A stretch of 56,024 bases of DNA from NCBI GenBank assembly GCA_043738805.1, contig JAYUFI010000999.1:1-56024 (forward strand). The letters are read 5' to 3'. A program made the position numbers and the translations under genes. Source of the stretch: Planctomycetaceae bacterium (GTDB lineage Bacteria > Planctomycetota > Planctomycetia > Planctomycetales > Planctomycetaceae). Under the pieces are notes generated by a model. The model had not been told where the DNA came from. It did not search any database and saw nothing but the letters and a program-made list of their open reading frames with translations. Shown piece by piece: positions 41,043 through 50,676 of this stretch (position 1 is the stretch's first letter; each line of letters starts with the position of its first letter).

Positions 41043-41110
41043 GCGACTCTCCTCGGCTTCGATGGCCGCTAAATCGTTACCGCCGAATGCGTTGTTTTTC
41101 TGGCAATATT

Positions 41111-41264
41111 GTGGCGCGACGCTCCGCGTCGCAATTCACGCTGCGGAAAGGCTGTAAAAACTTCGTGGAGCACGTTTTCAACGTGCTCGAAAACTGGCTG
41201 AATTGGCACGTTGAAAACGTACCCCACGTCAATTTTTCACAGCCTCAGAGCGTCGTGCCACACT
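41111..41264. repeat. nested cluster of four GTGG-headed REP-like elements
   Basis: E1 is GTGGCGCGACGCTCCGCGTCGC (41111-41132). E2 is GTGGAGCACGTTTTCAACGTGCTC (41165-41188). E3 is GGCACGTTGAAAACGTACCCCAC (41205-41227, inverted copy of E2). E4 is GAGCGTCGTGCCAC (41248-41264 region, inverted half-copy of E1). Confidence 0.75.
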
Positions 41265-41281
41265 CCTACGGCTTCGCTTCA

Positions 41282-42301
41282 CTAACCTTGACTGTGACTT
41301 TCACACCGCAGAGTCGAGGCCACAAACTCCCGAATCAATTTCGCCAGTCGATGTGGGTGAGTCAGAAAGACCAGCATTCCTGTTGTGTGAAAGAACTCCG
41401 TCCGCACGTTCGGAATCGTTGCCGAGAGTTCATCGCGACAGCGGCTCTGTGTCTCTCCCTCACCTTCAACCTGCAATGACATCACGGGAACTTGAAGCGG
41501 TTTCAACCGCGATCGGAGATCGCACTGACGCAGCATTCCGAACCGCTTCGCCAGAGCCGTGATCGGCGTTGCTCCGGCGTTGTCGAGATAAAACTGCCAG
41601 CGCGTCGGATCAATCGGCGGAAACCACAAGCGATGACTTCGTTCTTGAATCGCTCGCCACAACGGAATCGAACGCATTCGTCCCGGAATCCACCGCAGCA
41701 TTGTGGCTGCGAATCGCTCAAAAAACGTGAGATGCAAATGAGCGAACGCCGCATGTAACGTCACGCTCTGAATTCGTGAGCCGAGTCGCAGCGCGGTTTC
41801 GAGCGCGACTGCCGAACCGAACGACGTCCCAAACAAATGACAGCCATCAGTTCCAGCAAATTCTTCAACAACTTCCGCAATCGAATCACAAAACACCGGC
41901 CACGAAACTCGCTGATCCGTCGGATAGTCCAACACCACGCAGCGGCATTGCACCTTCAGTAAGTAAACACACAACGCGAACAGCTCGCTCGATCCGCCGA
42001 GTCCGTTGAGCAAAACCAGCGTCGGCCCTTCGCCCCAAACTCGCCCAGTGATCTTTCCAGCGGGAGTTTCCGTATGCCATTGCTCCGACTGCTCACGAAA
42101 TGCTGTGACAACTTGCTGCCACAACAACGGCGGAGGACATCCTTCGCGCGGAGCCAACGTGGCCGCGATCTGCTCGCTCGTTAGCGGGACATCACTTGCG
42201 CAATGCGAGTCGCCGCCGCTTCCACCGCAACACATTCCTTCGGGAGAGGTGCGGTCTAAAAATTCTTGCTGCGGACTCGTTTGTTGCGGGCTAACGCTCA
42301 T
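41282..42301 (-). CDS. alpha/beta-fold hydrolase
   Basis: LVLLNGLGGSSELF is present, as is the nucleophile elbow HLFGTSFGSAVAL. ATG at 42301 (the listed start at 42316 is TTG). Confidence 0.8.
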   Translation of the reverse strand: MSVSPQQTSPQQEFLDRTSPEGMCCGGSGGDSHCASDVPLTSEQIAATLAPREGCPPPLLWQQVVTAFREQSEQWHTETPAGKITGRVWGEGPTLVLLNGLGGSSELFALCVYLLKVQCRCVVLDYPTDQRVSWPVFCDSIAEVVEEFAGTDGCHLFGTSFGSAVALETALRLGSRIQSVTLHAAFAHLHLTFFERFAATMLRWIPGRMRSIPLWRAIQERSHRLWFPPIDPTRWQFYLDNAGATPITALAKRFGMLRQCDLRSRLKPLQVPVMSLQVEGEGETQSRCRDELSATIPNVRTEFFHTTGMLVFLTHPHRLAKLIREFVASTLRCESHSQG

Positions 42302-42596
42302 GAATGATCTGGCCAAATTTCAACAGAACCAAACGACTCTAAAGATCGCGCTAGCGTCCCAAGATTCACTGAATTTTTGAGAATTTAGCCGCAAGCTCGC
42401 GCTACCAGACGAGGGATCGTAGGCTCGATTCGGAGAAATAGAAAGCGCGGCATAATGTGACTCATCGCTCTCATCGGCTCGTGATTTTTCGGCAGAAATC
42501 GGGGTCTTCGGTTGTCATGTGAGTTGGCGAGCTACGTTTGGCAAAGATGCCGTGAACCATTTTCACCCGTTCTCCTTTCACCCGTTGAGTGATGTG

Positions 42597-43160
42597 ATGA
42601 CCCAGAAGCAGCTTCGTCAGAAACTCTTTGTCAACAAAGCCATTCAGGGACGTTTACTCGTTCGCATTGGACTGTATTGGTTTCTCTATCACGGCGTGTT
42701 GTGGATGTCGCTGTTCCTGTTCCGGTATGCCGAACATCGCGGAGCCGTGCAGGCCGGTGCGTTGCCTCGGTCGTTTGCGGATCTTTATCAGCAATTTTCT
42801 CGCGAGTATTTCGGCGTTTGGATCTGTGCGTTTGCCGTTGCACCGATCGTTTTATGGGATCTGTTGCGTTTCAGTCATCGCATCGTTGGGCCAATTGTCC
42901 GCTTTAAGAACACGCTCGACAGCCTGTCTGCTGGGAGGAACGTATCCCAAGTTCGATTGAGAGACGGAGATTTGCTCATCGACCTACAAGACACGTTCAA
43001 CAAGTACCTCGCCACACTGCAAACGTTTGAGCCACTCGATCAAGAGGTGGTGAAGTCAGACCTCATCGAAGAGGCACTCGCCGCAGAGTTGCGCAAGCTG
43101 CAAGCGGAAGTCGATGCGATCAAGTCACCAGAAAGCAGTTTGCAAACGACAAGTGCATAG
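42597..43160 (+). CDS. hypothetical 2-TM membrane protein with HAMP-like linker
   Basis: ATG at 42597. There are two hydrophobic helices, followed by RFSHRIVGPIVRFKNTLDSLSAGRNV (HAMP-like) and a short coiled-coil tail. Confidence 0.55.
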   Translation: MTQKQLRQKLFVNKAIQGRLLVRIGLYWFLYHGVLWMSLFLFRYAEHRGAVQAGALPRSFADLYQQFSREYFGVWICAFAVAPIVLWDLLRFSHRIVGPIVRFKNTLDSLSAGRNVSQVRLRDGDLLIDLQDTFNKYLATLQTFEPLDQEVVKSDLIEEALAAELRKLQAEVDAIKSPESSLQTTSA

Positions 43161-43279
43161 GAGCGGCGCGAAGTAAAGTTTCCGATGTCATCCCGCACGA
43201 CGCGCCAGGGAGGCCAATTCCTTAGCCGCTTTTCAAACACGCCCAATAAACAACTTGTGGCTATGGTTTTAAGGGACGG

Positions 43280-43990
43280 TTAGGGCCGGTCTGTTCCGAG
43301 TCTTTGGTCTGCCAAGCAAATCAATTCGTAAGCTGTCGCACTCTCATCAGCCGCGCGCAAGTCATCCAGGAAGCCGGGGAGCTGGATGATTCGTCCTAAT
43401 CGAGCGAGCACATGCAAGTGCGTCTTTGAATCACGGCAGAGGACGAGAAAGAACAAGTCCGACAACTGCCGCTTCGGAGCACCGAACGGAATCCCAGACA
43501 TCGTGCGACCAAACGCGATGATCGACTCGCCCAATGCGTCCGGAACCGGATTGCGCGTGTGGGGGATCGCGATGCCCGATTCAAAGCCGGTTGACATCAC
43601 TTCTTCTCGCTGTTGCACCGCGAGAAGAATTTCTGCCGGTTTCCAAATCTGCCACGTCCGGCCGGCGGCTTCGATGAGGCATTCGAGTACCGAACGTTTC
43701 GTCCGCGCTTCAAGCGGTACTTGCACTGTTTCCGGATGTAACAAGCTACTCACCGGGCAATGAATGTCAGCTTCAGAATCTTTCTGTGCTCGTTCGAGTC
43801 CTTGCAGTTCAATGCCTGAATACTCGCGCATTTCTTGTTCGAGCCAATGCGTGATCTCGGTGGATTGAAACTGCCAATCACCCTGCACTTTGCGACCCGG
43901 AATGCGACCTCGTTGCACGAGCTTCTCGATCTCACGGCGATCTCGGCCCAAAAAGAGAGCCAACTCTTCAAGACTAAACGAGTCGTGCAT
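43280..43990 (-). CDS. excisionase/MerR-type HTH domain fused to a PTS EIIA(Ntr)-type domain
   Basis: N-terminal HTH: FSLEELALFLGRDRREIEKLVQRGRIPGRKVQGDWQFQSTEITHWL. C-terminal EIIA type 2 with active-site region: EEVMSTGFESGIAIPHTRNP...DLFFLVLCRD. Confidence 0.8.
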   Translation of the reverse strand: MHDSFSLEELALFLGRDRREIEKLVQRGRIPGRKVQGDWQFQSTEITHWLEQEMREYSGIELQGLERAQKDSEADIHCPVSSLLHPETVQVPLEARTKRSVLECLIEAAGRTWQIWKPAEILLAVQQREEVMSTGFESGIAIPHTRNPVPDALGESIIAFGRTMSGIPFGAPKRQLSDLFFLVLCRDSKTHLHVLARLGRIIQLPGFLDDLRAADESATAYELICLADQRLGTDRP

Positions 43991-44150
43991 ACTACCGGCC
44001 CCGCTTTCAATTCAACTCGGACACCGCCGAGGAAGTGCGGGACCACACCGAACAAGTTCTTCTGCAAGTCCTTCCGGCCCCCACGAAGCGGGGGATGCTA
44101 TCAAGCAACTCGCCGAGATTCACCGCCGCACGCAGCCGCAGCAAACGATT

Positions 44151-45035
44151 TCAGAGGTTGATCGGACAGAAATTCGCAAAGTTGTCGCGGCAACGATGCA
44201 GAAAGCTTAAGTCCTTCGTGGCCCAACTCTCTTCAGACCAAATTTGGTAATCCGCAAAACCACAGTAGTTCGCTTCAATGAGCCCTTGCATGAGAGCGTC
44301 GATTGGCAGCACCCCTTCGCTTGGGAGAACGCGATCGTATTCATCACGAACTCTTGAGCGACTGTCACTCAGTTGTACGACACCGATTTGATTCACAAGG
44401 TCCGGCAGCCGCTTCAACAACCCAGGCTCGTGCGCCGAATGATACGTGTCGAACGCGAGCTTCACGGCCGGATGATTCACGCAAGCCAGAATATCCAGTG
44501 TGTCATCAAGCGTCTGCAAAAAGGTCCATTCGTCTTTGAATTCCGGTCGCATCGGCATCAAGCACAGCTTCAATCGGTGATCGACCGCCTCGCCAGCCAG
44601 TTCTCGCAGAGCGTCCACGACTAATCGTTTCGCATGTTTGTTGAGGTGGTTACGTTTCGGTCCCGTCAGAACGATCAATGAGTCCGCTCCCAGACGTCCC
44701 GCCAATCGAATCAAGTCGCGGGTCTCCACCATGACGTCTGCCAACTCGCAACCGAACGCTCCGGTGAAACCTCCAGCGTAAGAAAGGGATGATGCCTTCA
44801 GCTTGTTCTCTATGAGAAGATTGACCGCTCGTTCTTCGCCGTATTCCAGCAACTTCGGCAGCCAAAGTCCGATCGCGTCGATCTCCGCGAGTCGGTAACG
44901 CATCACGTCTTGCTCGAAGGACCAACGGTAGGTCGTCGTTGCGTTGATGGAGAGCTTCAATCCGCTGCTCGAAACTTCTGACTGCTTTCGTTTGGACTTG
45001 GGTTCCTGCTCACTGACGGGAAGGAAGCTATTCAA
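44151..45035 (-). CDS. sugar phosphate isomerase/epimerase (xylose-isomerase-like TIM barrel)
   Basis: ..IDAIGLWLPKL.., LAGRLGADSLIVLTGP, ..KLAFDTYH.. and ..VQLSD.. are present. The start is uncertain (TTG at 45035). Confidence 0.7.
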   Translation of the reverse strand: MNSFLPVSEQEPKSKRKQSEVSSSGLKLSINATTTYRWSFEQDVMRYRLAEIDAIGLWLPKLLEYGEERAVNLLIENKLKASSLSYAGGFTGAFGCELADVMVETRDLIRLAGRLGADSLIVLTGPKRNHLNKHAKRLVVDALRELAGEAVDHRLKLCLMPMRPEFKDEWTFLQTLDDTLDILACVNHPAVKLAFDTYHSAHEPGLLKRLPDLVNQIGVVQLSDSRSRVRDEYDRVLPSEGVLPIDALMQGLIEANYCGFADYQIWSEESWATKDLSFLHRCRDNFANFCPINL

Positions 45036-45047
45036 GATTCGACTCGC

Positions 45048-45167
45048 TTAGTTCGAGATGAAAACAAATAAACCAAGGAACGCGGTCGCGATCACGAACA
45101 CATTCCACGTGAGAGAAGAGAACGGAAAACGAATACGGTCAGAAATGACCATCAGCGAACGATTCAT
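45048..45167 (-). CDS. possible 39-aa single-TM micro-protein
   Basis: Hand translation gives MNRSLMVISDRIRFPFSSLTWNVFVIATAFLGLFVFISN. It lies between two co-directional genes and ends 12 nt before the next start. It is too short for the ORF track. Confidence 0.25.
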   Translation of the reverse strand: MNRSLMVISDRIRFPFSSLTWNVFVIATAFLGLFVFISN

Positions 45168-45224
45168 GCAAAGAAAACTCACAGCAACAACGCACGACCT
45201 AAGAATGGCTCAGTGATCAAGTCA

Positions 45225-46301
45225 CTAGCCGGCTGCGTTAGTTGGGACAGACGGGTCATCCGACACATTCACCCAAACGTGAACGTGAGGTGCCCCACGG
45301 AAATGCCACACGAACGACGGACCTTCCAAACGCCAATTGTCCCACACACCATCGTTGCCCAAGTCCCCTTCTCGATAAAACGCCAAATGACATTGATCGA
45401 GACCTCCTTGAGCGGCCAAACAGTTCAACGCTTCTTGCCGATCGGAAAGCCGATACGGCTCAAGCAACGAATCGAGCACGCCACGCAGATGGTTCTTTTG
45501 ATCGGCACTCATCTCTGAACCCGAAAGACCTGGAATCTTCTCCTTGGCTCCTCGGAAGCCAATCGCACTCTCGCTTGGAGTTTTTTCGATCAACACCAAC
45601 TCGCGCTGTTTGCCATCGAGCATCTTGTACAACGCATTGGCCTTTAATGCTTGCGGCCAAAAGACGTTGCCTGCATGGTCGGATGGCTCATCAAAACCTT
45701 GAGCCGCATGTCCGTAGAAAATAGGGCCGCCGAAAGCCATGTGTTCGGTACTGTCACCGTCACAGCGAATCGTCAAGTGACGCCCCGTCATCACCAACTC
45801 GAACTTGCCTGATCCCGGCTGTCCGAACAGTGCGACCGTCTGTTGCTTACCGTATCCGCCAGCATCGTCTTGCAACTGCTTCCGAATGCGGTCGTGCCAA
45901 TCTTTGTTGTAGAAGCCGTAGAAGATCGCCTCAATCACGTCCTTCTGATCGCGAGTGAAGAACTCGGTCCCAAGCCCCAGGGTTTTGACGTCAACGATCT
46001 GCCAGTTGTTGGAGACTCGCGTTCGCAGCACACCGCGATCGTCTTTATGGTCCCACGGAAAGCAGATTTCTTCACGCTGCTTTTCACTCAATGAGTCGTA
46101 GAACTTTTTAACCAACGGCTCAGAAGCGTTCGCGTTCGCAGTCTTTGGCTCATCCGACTTCAGCACTCGCGGTAGAGCAACACTCGCGATGGCAGCCGCT
46201 CCGATGTTCTGCACGAACTGCCGACGAGACACAGTCGTAACATTCAGTGCTGCGTGTGACTCAGGACAATCACATTCGAGGCAGCGTTCGCGATCAGGCA
46301 T
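45225..46301 (-). CDS. Tat-signal hypothetical protein (DUF3500-like, tentative)
   Basis: ATG at 46301 follows GGAGAC. The twin-arginine-like signal is SRRQFVQNIGAAAIASVALP. The repeated His-containing strands (TGRHLTIRCDG; WHFRGAPHVHVWVNV) recall DUF3500. Confidence 0.5.
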   Translation of the reverse strand: MPDRERCLECDCPESHAALNVTTVSRRQFVQNIGAAAIASVALPRVLKSDEPKTANANASEPLVKKFYDSLSEKQREEICFPWDHKDDRGVLRTRVSNNWQIVDVKTLGLGTEFFTRDQKDVIEAIFYGFYNKDWHDRIRKQLQDDAGGYGKQQTVALFGQPGSGKFELVMTGRHLTIRCDGDSTEHMAFGGPIFYGHAAQGFDEPSDHAGNVFWPQALKANALYKMLDGKQRELVLIEKTPSESAIGFRGAKEKIPGLSGSEMSADQKNHLRGVLDSLLEPYRLSDRQEALNCLAAQGGLDQCHLAFYREGDLGNDGVWDNWRLEGPSFVWHFRGAPHVHVWVNVSDDPSVPTNAAG

Positions 46302-46553
46302 GAAAGTCTCCTTGATCGATTTGGGCGGTGTCGGATCAAGCAACGGGGCGAGAATTTAACGATGCCTTTTCAAAAGGCAAACGCATTTCTCACCACTTTG
46401 AGAACTTCTCAAGACATTGCTCAACAGCATCTTCGCTGTGTTGACAATGACCGCATCGCGATCGTCGCTCTGCCTTATTCAAGCACAGGCAGGGCGTCAT
46501 GATTTGGCAATTCGTTCATGCGAACAATTGCGATCATTTTGAATACGGCCCGA

Positions 46554-47594
46554 CTACAACAACCCGCGCCGCTTGAGTTCCGCCACCACCGTTTGCACGA
46601 TCGCACCGACGTCTTGCGCCTTGATCTCGCTTGTTGTTGACGACGCCTTACCAATGTTCGTCGAGCACCCGCCGATCGGCTCATCAGTGAAGCCGTGCTG
46701 CGAGAGCAAACATTGAAGTGTCTTGCTTAGCGCGGTGAGATTCGTGACTTGCTCATCCGATTGCGGTTGCCGACCGACTCCCATGTTGAAACCACGAAGC
46801 TCAACCGCCGCACGGAAACCGTTCGGGAATTCCGCTGAATAAATCATCGTGTCAAACAGCGTCACGAGATCAAATTGTACTTGTCGCGCGTCATCCAACC
46901 GACCGCTCATTGTCAGGTCGTAAAGCAGTCGAGTCAGTTCCGGTACAACTCCCGATGAGGCATTCGTACCGCCATCGCAACCGATCAACAACATCGGCAT
47001 CAACGCGGCGTCCCAGCCGGTGAGGAACGCGAACTCTGGGCGAATCGGACGCACCGCTTGAATCATGCGAATCATGTTGACGATGTCGCCAGAACTGTCT
47101 TTGATCGCCACGATTCGTTCACATTCTTCGGCCAAGCGGCGCACCGTCGGCACGTCGATCGGGCTGGCGAACATCGGGATATTGTACAGCGTCACGTCGA
47201 TCGGCGTGTTTTTGCCGATCTCTTTGAAGTAAGCATAAACTGACGCGGGACTCAGCTTGTAGTAGAACGGAGCGACGATCGCGACCGCACGACATCCGAG
47301 TTCGTAGTAGTACTCGCAGGCTTTGATCGTCTCTTTGACATTCGCTTCCGCGGCTCCCGCCAGAATGGGGACTCGGCCGCGCGTTTGATCGGCGACGATC
47401 TCGATAATCCGGCGACGCTCTTCGACCGTGAATCGAGTGAATTCGCCCGTCGAGCCGTTCGGATACAGGCCATGCACGCCTTTGGCGATCAGCCAGTCGA
47501 TGTACCGCCGTAACTCCGGTTCGTTGATTTCACCATGACAATCTTGCGGAACCAAATTTGGAGTAAAGATTCCTTGAAGTCGGTCGTTCGCCAT
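46554..47594 (-). CDS. dihydrodipicolinate synthase/N-acetylneuraminate lyase family protein with ~45-aa C-terminal extension
   Basis: [14 protein letters not shown], ..ILAGAAE.., [11 protein letters not shown] and [10 protein letters not shown] (Schiff-base Lys context) are present. The extra tail reads ..[46 protein letters not shown]. Confidence 0.8.
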   Translation of the reverse strand: MANDRLQGIFTPNLVPQDCHGEINEPELRRYIDWLIAKGVHGLYPNGSTGEFTRFTVEERRRIIEIVADQTRGRVPILAGAAEANVKETIKACEYYYELGCRAVAIVAPFYYKLSPASVYAYFKEIGKNTPIDVTLYNIPMFASPIDVPTVRRLAEECERIVAIKDSSGDIVNMIRMIQAVRPIRPEFAFLTGWDAALMPMLLIGCDGGTNASSGVVPELTRLLYDLTMSGRLDDARQVQFDLVTLFDTMIYSAEFPNGFRAAVELRGFNMGVGRQPQSDEQVTNLTALSKTLQCLLSQHGFTDEPIGGCSTNIGKASSTTSEIKAQDVGAIVQTVVAELKRRGLL

Positions 47595-47799
47595 GAGTCT
47601 CTCTCTCTCTCTTGTTCGTTGCGAGGCGCGTGACGCAAGCAGGAACGCTCACGAATCGAAGCCGCCTTACAACCCAACGATGCCAGTTCAACATCGTCGG
47701 CGATTCGCGGACGGAGCTTTGCGACAGTGTTGCCAACTCTTGCGATGGTCATGTGCGGAACGGTCTGCCCGACGCACACGATTGATGCAACCGAAAGAG

Positions 47800-48516
47800 T
47801 CAAGCAGTTGCCGGCCAGAAGAAACGAAACGTTGTCCCCGCTTCTGGCGATGACTCGCACTCAATCCGCCCGCCATGTTGTTCGACGATGCGCCAGCATT
47901 TCGACAGCCCAAACCCAAGTCCGCGTCCTGCTTGTCGTCCGGAGAAAAACGGATCAAAGAGGTGCTCACGCTCAATTGCCGACAAACCGACGCCGTGATC
48001 TTGGATGCTCAAAATCGCCAGCGGCCCTGCGGCGATCTTTTGCGTCTCGCATTCAATCGTGATTGCTCCGCCAGAAGCAGATGCGTTTACAGAATTGCTG
48101 AGCAAACTGCTAACAACAACTCGCAGTTGAACGGGGTCGGCCCAGATCGAGGCGGCCGGTGCGCCGAGTCGTTCCACAGTCAATGACTTCGCGCGGAACG
48201 AGTCACTCAGCTTTTGCCGTACGTCATCGACAACCGCGACCAAATCCAGCGACTTCGAGTCCGGCTTAGGAGGTCGAGCAAAGAGCATCACGTCGCCGAT
48301 CATGTCCCGAATGCGCAATGCTTGCGCGCCAATCGTCAGCAGCGCTTGCCGACGTTCTGGGTTCGTCTCATCTTTGAGCAGAAGCTCTGCTCGACCGACA
48401 ATCGTCGCCACCGGATTGTTGATCTCGTGCCCCGCGCCTGCCGCGAATTCCGCCAGCGCAGCGAGCTTCGCCTTCCGGAACTCTTCCGACTGAGTAATGT
48501 CGGCCAAGTCAGACAC
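47800..48516 (-). CDS. soluble histidine kinase (HisKA + HATPase_c only, no sensor domain)
   Basis: H-box AGAGHEINNPVATIVGRAELL is present, with an N-box-like LLSNSVNAS and G-boxes DHGVGL and GRGLGFGLS. Confidence 0.85.
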   Translation of the reverse strand: MSDLADITQSEEFRKAKLAALAEFAAGAGHEINNPVATIVGRAELLLKDETNPERRQALLTIGAQALRIRDMIGDVMLFARPPKPDSKSLDLVAVVDDVRQKLSDSFRAKSLTVERLGAPAASIWADPVQLRVVVSSLLSNSVNASASGGAITIECETQKIAAGPLAILSIQDHGVGLSAIEREHLFDPFFSGRQAGRGLGFGLSKCWRIVEQHGGRIECESSPEAGTTFRFFWPATA

Positions 48517-48624
48517 GATGCCCTCAATACAGGAGGCAGAAAACAGGCGACAACAAACAAGCAGACAAAAACAAGAAACCCAGCCTCAAGCGAGACCGGG
48601 TTTTATGGAATCTTCAATCCCTTC

Positions 48625-48674
48625 GTCGCTGAAGTCGTGAGACTTCAGACTGAAAGTCTCACGACTTCGGCGAC
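48625..48674. repeat. 21-bp-stem palindrome between the response-regulator and kinase genes
   Basis: GTCGCTGAAGTCGTGAGACTT (48625-48645) pairs with AAGTCTCACGACTTCGGCGAC (48654-48674) with one G-T wobble. Each arm also contains its own small hairpin (CTGAAGTC..GACTTCAG). Confidence 0.75.
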
Positions 48675-48694
48675 GGGCAAGCGACCGCCATTTA

Positions 48695-49279
48695 TCACCG
48701 AGCGGCGGCAACCGGCTCGACATCCAGCAACTGGCAAATGCGGTCGATCAATTGCTCGACTTCAAACGGCTTCTGCACGAACTCGTTCGCACCGGACGCC
48801 TTCAAGTCTTCAATTTTGTCCTGCTCGACCATGCCGCTGATGCAGATGATCTTCACGTCGTCCAGATTCGAGTCGCCGCGGACTCGCTGGCAGACTTCTT
48901 TGCCGTTGATATCCGGCAACATGACGTCCAGAACGATGATGTCTGGGTGATATTCTTTGACCATCATGCCGGCGTCGAAGCCGTTGTTCGCCACGCGGAT
49001 CTCGAAGCGGCCGTCCGCTTCCAGCGCGTCGCGGATCAGCTCAACCAATTCCTCGTCGTCATCAACGATCAGGGCTTTCCGGCGACCACTTTCCAGCGCG
49101 TCCGTCGGGATGCCGTTTTCCTTCATGAAACGGAAGAGAATGTCCCGCGGAATTCGGCGGAACCTGGAGCCTGGAACGCGAAAGCCTCGCAACTGTCCAG
49201 AGTCGAAACAGCGAATGATCGTCTGCTGACTCACTTTGCAAATTTTGGCGGCTTCGCCTGTCGTGAATACGGTCTTCAT
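48695..49279 (-). CDS. response regulator with N-terminal excisionase-type HTH and C-terminal receiver domain
   Basis: ATG at 49279. HTH: MKTVFTTGEAAKICKVSQQTIIRCFDSGQLRGFRVPGSRFRRIPRDILFRFM. REC: KALIVDDDEELV...DIIVLDVMLPDING...ICISG...KPF. Confidence 0.85.
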   Translation of the reverse strand: MKTVFTTGEAAKICKVSQQTIIRCFDSGQLRGFRVPGSRFRRIPRDILFRFMKENGIPTDALESGRRKALIVDDDEELVELIRDALEADGRFEIRVANNGFDAGMMVKEYHPDIIVLDVMLPDINGKEVCQRVRGDSNLDDVKIICISGMVEQDKIEDLKASGANEFVQKPFEVEQLIDRICQLLDVEPVAAAR

Positions 49280-49797
49280 CGCGTGCATCCATCCTTGTAA
49301 CTGGCCGAATCGAGCAAGCGTTTCCAACCATGGTGGCCGCTCGACCGGTGAGACTTCCTGGTCTACCCAGTGCTCCGCTTGTGGCGGATGACGAAGTGTC
49401 GTGCTTCTCAGTCTTGACTGTTTTATCGGCTGAATAAGGTCTGCGTGTTGAGCGAACTTTACCAGCCTTAGCACGGCGGCGGATTGTTCTGCAATCTGCG
49501 GAATCGGTCAATAGGCGTTTCTTCAACCAAAACCCCTGGACTCGTAAAGCCACAAGACCCATACACACAACGCATTTTGTCACGACACGCAAAACCTGCC
49601 GTCGCATGTTCGCTCTTGGTTTTCAGACAAATGAGTACAATCAACATGCTTGCGAAGAGTCATCAAATGCTGGAGTTCCAAACTTAGGCTCATCAGGCTG
49701 TCTGTGAAACTGCCGTCGTGTTCGATGACGCGACCGCACACCGTGAGCGTTGTTAGCCCGAATGGTTTCAACGTGCCATTGAAGCCTGACGCGTGGT

Positions 49798-50487
49798 TCA
49801 ACCACCGAGCGCAATCCGAGTCACGGCAATTTGCCCGGCAAAGCAGACGGCAACATCACGCCCTGGTGTTTGTGGTCGGTTGCGGTAGACACCACGATAG
49901 TGCAAGCGGTCGTCACGGTGTTCGTAGCGGACATCGTGACGATTCACGTCGAGCGAGCAGTCCACCAATTCAGGCTCCGGATGCGGCGGCTCCCAGATAG
50001 GAAAGTTCACATTCCAAAACCCCAATTCTGGCGGGGGGGCGTTGAGCAACTGAGTCAACACTCGACGCAACAAGCTCGCTCGCGGAGCCCAGTTCACTGC
50101 GTCTTTGCGGCCGACATACTGCGACAACGCAATTCCCGGTGTCCCCAACAGCACTCCTTCACGAACCGCCGCAACGGTTCCCGACATGTAGACATCGACT
50201 CCCAAATTGCCACCGTCATTGACACCAGAGAGCACCCAATCAACATCCAGGCGGAGATGCTGCATCGCGACTCGCACACAATCGGCCGGTGTTCCATCAC
50301 AGGCGAACCGCGACGGCGCGACTTCGATCAAAGAGAGCGGTCGCTCATTGTTGACCTGATGTCCGCATCCCGATCGGACTCCATCAGGCGCGACGATAAC
50401 CACGTCACCGAATTCCGCAGCAACCCCGGCCAGCAATTGCAGTCCGGGAGCAGTGATTCCGTCATCGTTGGTCAGCAGAAACTTCAT
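49798..50487 (-). CDS. surE: 5'/3'-nucleotidase SurE
   Basis: MKFLLTNDDGITAPGL and ..SGVNDGGNLGVDVYMSGTVAAVREG.. are present. Confidence 0.92.
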   Translation of the reverse strand: MKFLLTNDDGITAPGLQLLAGVAAEFGDVVIVAPDGVRSGCGHQVNNERPLSLIEVAPSRFACDGTPADCVRVAMQHLRLDVDWVLSGVNDGGNLGVDVYMSGTVAAVREGVLLGTPGIALSQYVGRKDAVNWAPRASLLRRVLTQLLNAPPPELGFWNVNFPIWEPPHPEPELVDCSLDVNRHDVRYEHRDDRLHYRGVYRNRPQTPGRDVAVCFAGQIAVTRIALGG

Positions 50488-50676
50488 GGTGCGCGCTTTC
50501 GTGAGCTCGATTCAATGAATGAGAAACAGTGCCGTTGAATGTTAGCAGTGCTCCAGCGCGATGCGAGTGACGACACGCCACAGCGTGACGCTCGACCAAT
50601 CTCGTCGTCTGCTCTAACTTTCCGCTCCATCAATCAGTAACTAACGACAGCCATCAAACATTTGAGTGAGGACAGT

